Program-made: the position numbers and the translations under genes
Shown here: in pieces, positions 62,631 to 64,000 of the stretch
Position numbering within the stretch: the first letter of the stretch is position 1
How the letters are laid out: each line of letters opens with the position of its first letter
Assembly: GCA_030704615.1 (NCBI GenBank)
Contig: CM060732.1
Coordinates: forward strand, 58,528,001 to 58,592,000
Origin: Takakia lepidozioides
Lineage: Eukaryota > Plantae > Bryophyta
DNA length: 64,000 bases
Direction: 5' to 3'
The notes under the pieces: generated by a model
The model's database searches: none
What the model was told of the DNA's origin: nothing
What the model saw: the letters and a program-made list of their open reading frames with translations, nothing else

Positions 62631-63997
62631 CGGGGGTGGTGCACTGTCTTGAGCTTTGGCGCCACTATGTTGGTTCCAACCCAGTGAAGGTGTTCACGGA
62701 CAATGTCACGGTGAAGTATTTTTCCACGCAGCCCAAGTTGTCCCCAAAACAACTTAGGTGGCAAGATACTTTGGCGGTGTTCGACGTGGATATCCAGTAC
62801 AAACCGGGACGGGACAACGTGGTGGCCGATGCTTTAAGTAGAAAACAGCAGCTCATGTTGGTGTACAGGGGCGAGACGGCGCTCCAAAGGAAGATCCGGA
62901 AGGCTTGACGGAATGATGAGCTGGCGAAGTCCGTGATGCAGGACTTGAGGATGGGGGTTAAATCGCAGTTCCACTTGCAAAATGGACTGCTCCGGTATAA
63001 GCAAAAGCGTCTCTACGTGCCGAAGGGAGGGATCAGAGATAGCCTCTTGAGAGAATGCCATGATAGCCCGCTTGCGGGCCACGGCGGAGCCAAGCGCACT
63101 GCGGCACTCTTGAAGAAAGAGTATTTCTGGCCTAAACTGAGGGAGGAGGCAGAGGAGTATGTCAAAACATGCACCACATGCCAACAAAACCGGAGCGAGT
63201 ACAAAAAGCAAGCGGGGCTGTTACAACCCTTGCCGATTCCAGAGGGGACTTGGGAAAGCGTCTCGATGGATTTCATGACTGCTATGCCGCTGTCAAAAAG
63301 ATTCGATGCAATCATGGTGGTGGTGGATAGGTTCAGTAAAATGGGTCATTTCATCCCCACCAAGGAGACGGCAACGGCGCAGGAAACAGGGCGACTTTAC
63401 TTCACCCACGTCTTAAAGCATCATGGAGTCCCGAAGGATATTGTCTTGGACCGTGATCCAAAATTTACGAGTAAATTTTGGATGGCACTTTGGAAGAAGA
63501 TGGGGACGAGGCTGAAGATGAGCACCGCCTTCCGACCTACGACCGACGGCCAAACGGAAAGAGTGAATTTCGTAGTGAAGCAGATCTTGCGGAATTACGT
63601 GTCGGCAGACCAAACAGACTGGGTGGAATACTTAGACGCGGCAGAGTTTTGTTATAATAACACAGAACACTCCGCAACGAGAGTTTCCCCTTTCGTATTG
63701 GTCTATGGAAAAGCACCTCTGGTGCCGACAAGTTGGGCCGCCCAGAACGTTGAGAAACCGGCAGTAGCGGCGGTACTGGAAGAACGCGAACGTTTGTTGA
63801 AGCTCGCAAAGTACAACATTGCCAAAGCTAGGAAACGGTATGAAAGGCAGGCAAATCGGAAGCAGAGGGAAGTGAAGTTTGAGGCAGGCACGGAGGTCTG
63901 GTTGAACATCAAGAATTTCCGACTACCTCCGGAAGTGAGTCCAAAGTTCGTACCTTCGTATGCGGGGACCCTTTCGCATCCGGAAGGTTATGAATGA
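62631..63997 (+). pseudogene. pol: RNase H C-terminus and integrase of element A
   Basis: VVHCLELWRHY..YKPGRDNVVADALSR; HDSPLAGH..CTTCQ; SMDFM..VVDRFSK..DRDPKF..DGQTERVN; one internal stop at ~62908. Confidence 0.9.
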
Positions 63998-64000
63998 GGA

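Larger units (their letters stand above)
47085..64000 (+). mobile_element. Gypsy chromovirus-like element A (Galadriel/Tcn1-like), internally inverted and interrupted by element B; runs off window
   Basis: LTR-PBS-gag on plus, PR and RT on minus, RH-INT on plus; [29 protein letters not shown]. Confidence 0.8.

Noticed and set aside
47085-64000. Element A or B as the autonomous helper of the Gag-PPR array
   Set aside because: Their LTR termini differ from TGTAGTGTG, both have normal CA-ending 5' LTRs, B has a 5-bp TSD and a different PBS, and both are defective.

Overview
This is eukaryotic DNA, almost certainly land-plant nuclear and transposon-dense; the PLS-PPR, OSB-type and gypsy sequences suggest a non-seed plant (inference). 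No intact host gene is visible. (1) 1-31 kb: a decayed minus-strand LINE has received three insertions. These are the right end of a CACTA element whose TnpA-like gene carries an FCP1/NIF phosphatase-like domain, a 2.1-kb non-autonomous CACTA (TTT TSD), and a 19.1-kb tandem array (LTR-ORF)x3-LTR of a very young non-autonomous LTR retroelement (GTTC TSD) encoding an intact ~1091-aa Gag-PPR fusion. The array's termini are highly unusual. LTRs followed by the PBS lack the terminal CACACTACA; that 9-mer instead sits between the PPT and the next LTR as a perfect 20-bp palindrome (CACACTACA-TA-TGTAGTGTG), and only the outermost LTR ends in it. This is the layout expected if the cDNA circularises and integrates via the internal palindrome. 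(2) 35.9-42.9 kb: a shuffled pseudogene in which OSB-type 'PDF' ssDNA-binding motifs are fused to PLS-class PPR arrays, including a 372-bp tandem amplification. (3) 47-64 kb: a Galadriel/Tcn1-like chromovirus with an internal inversion, carrying a nested 13-kb Phygy-like gypsy element with extra 5' and 3' ORFs.
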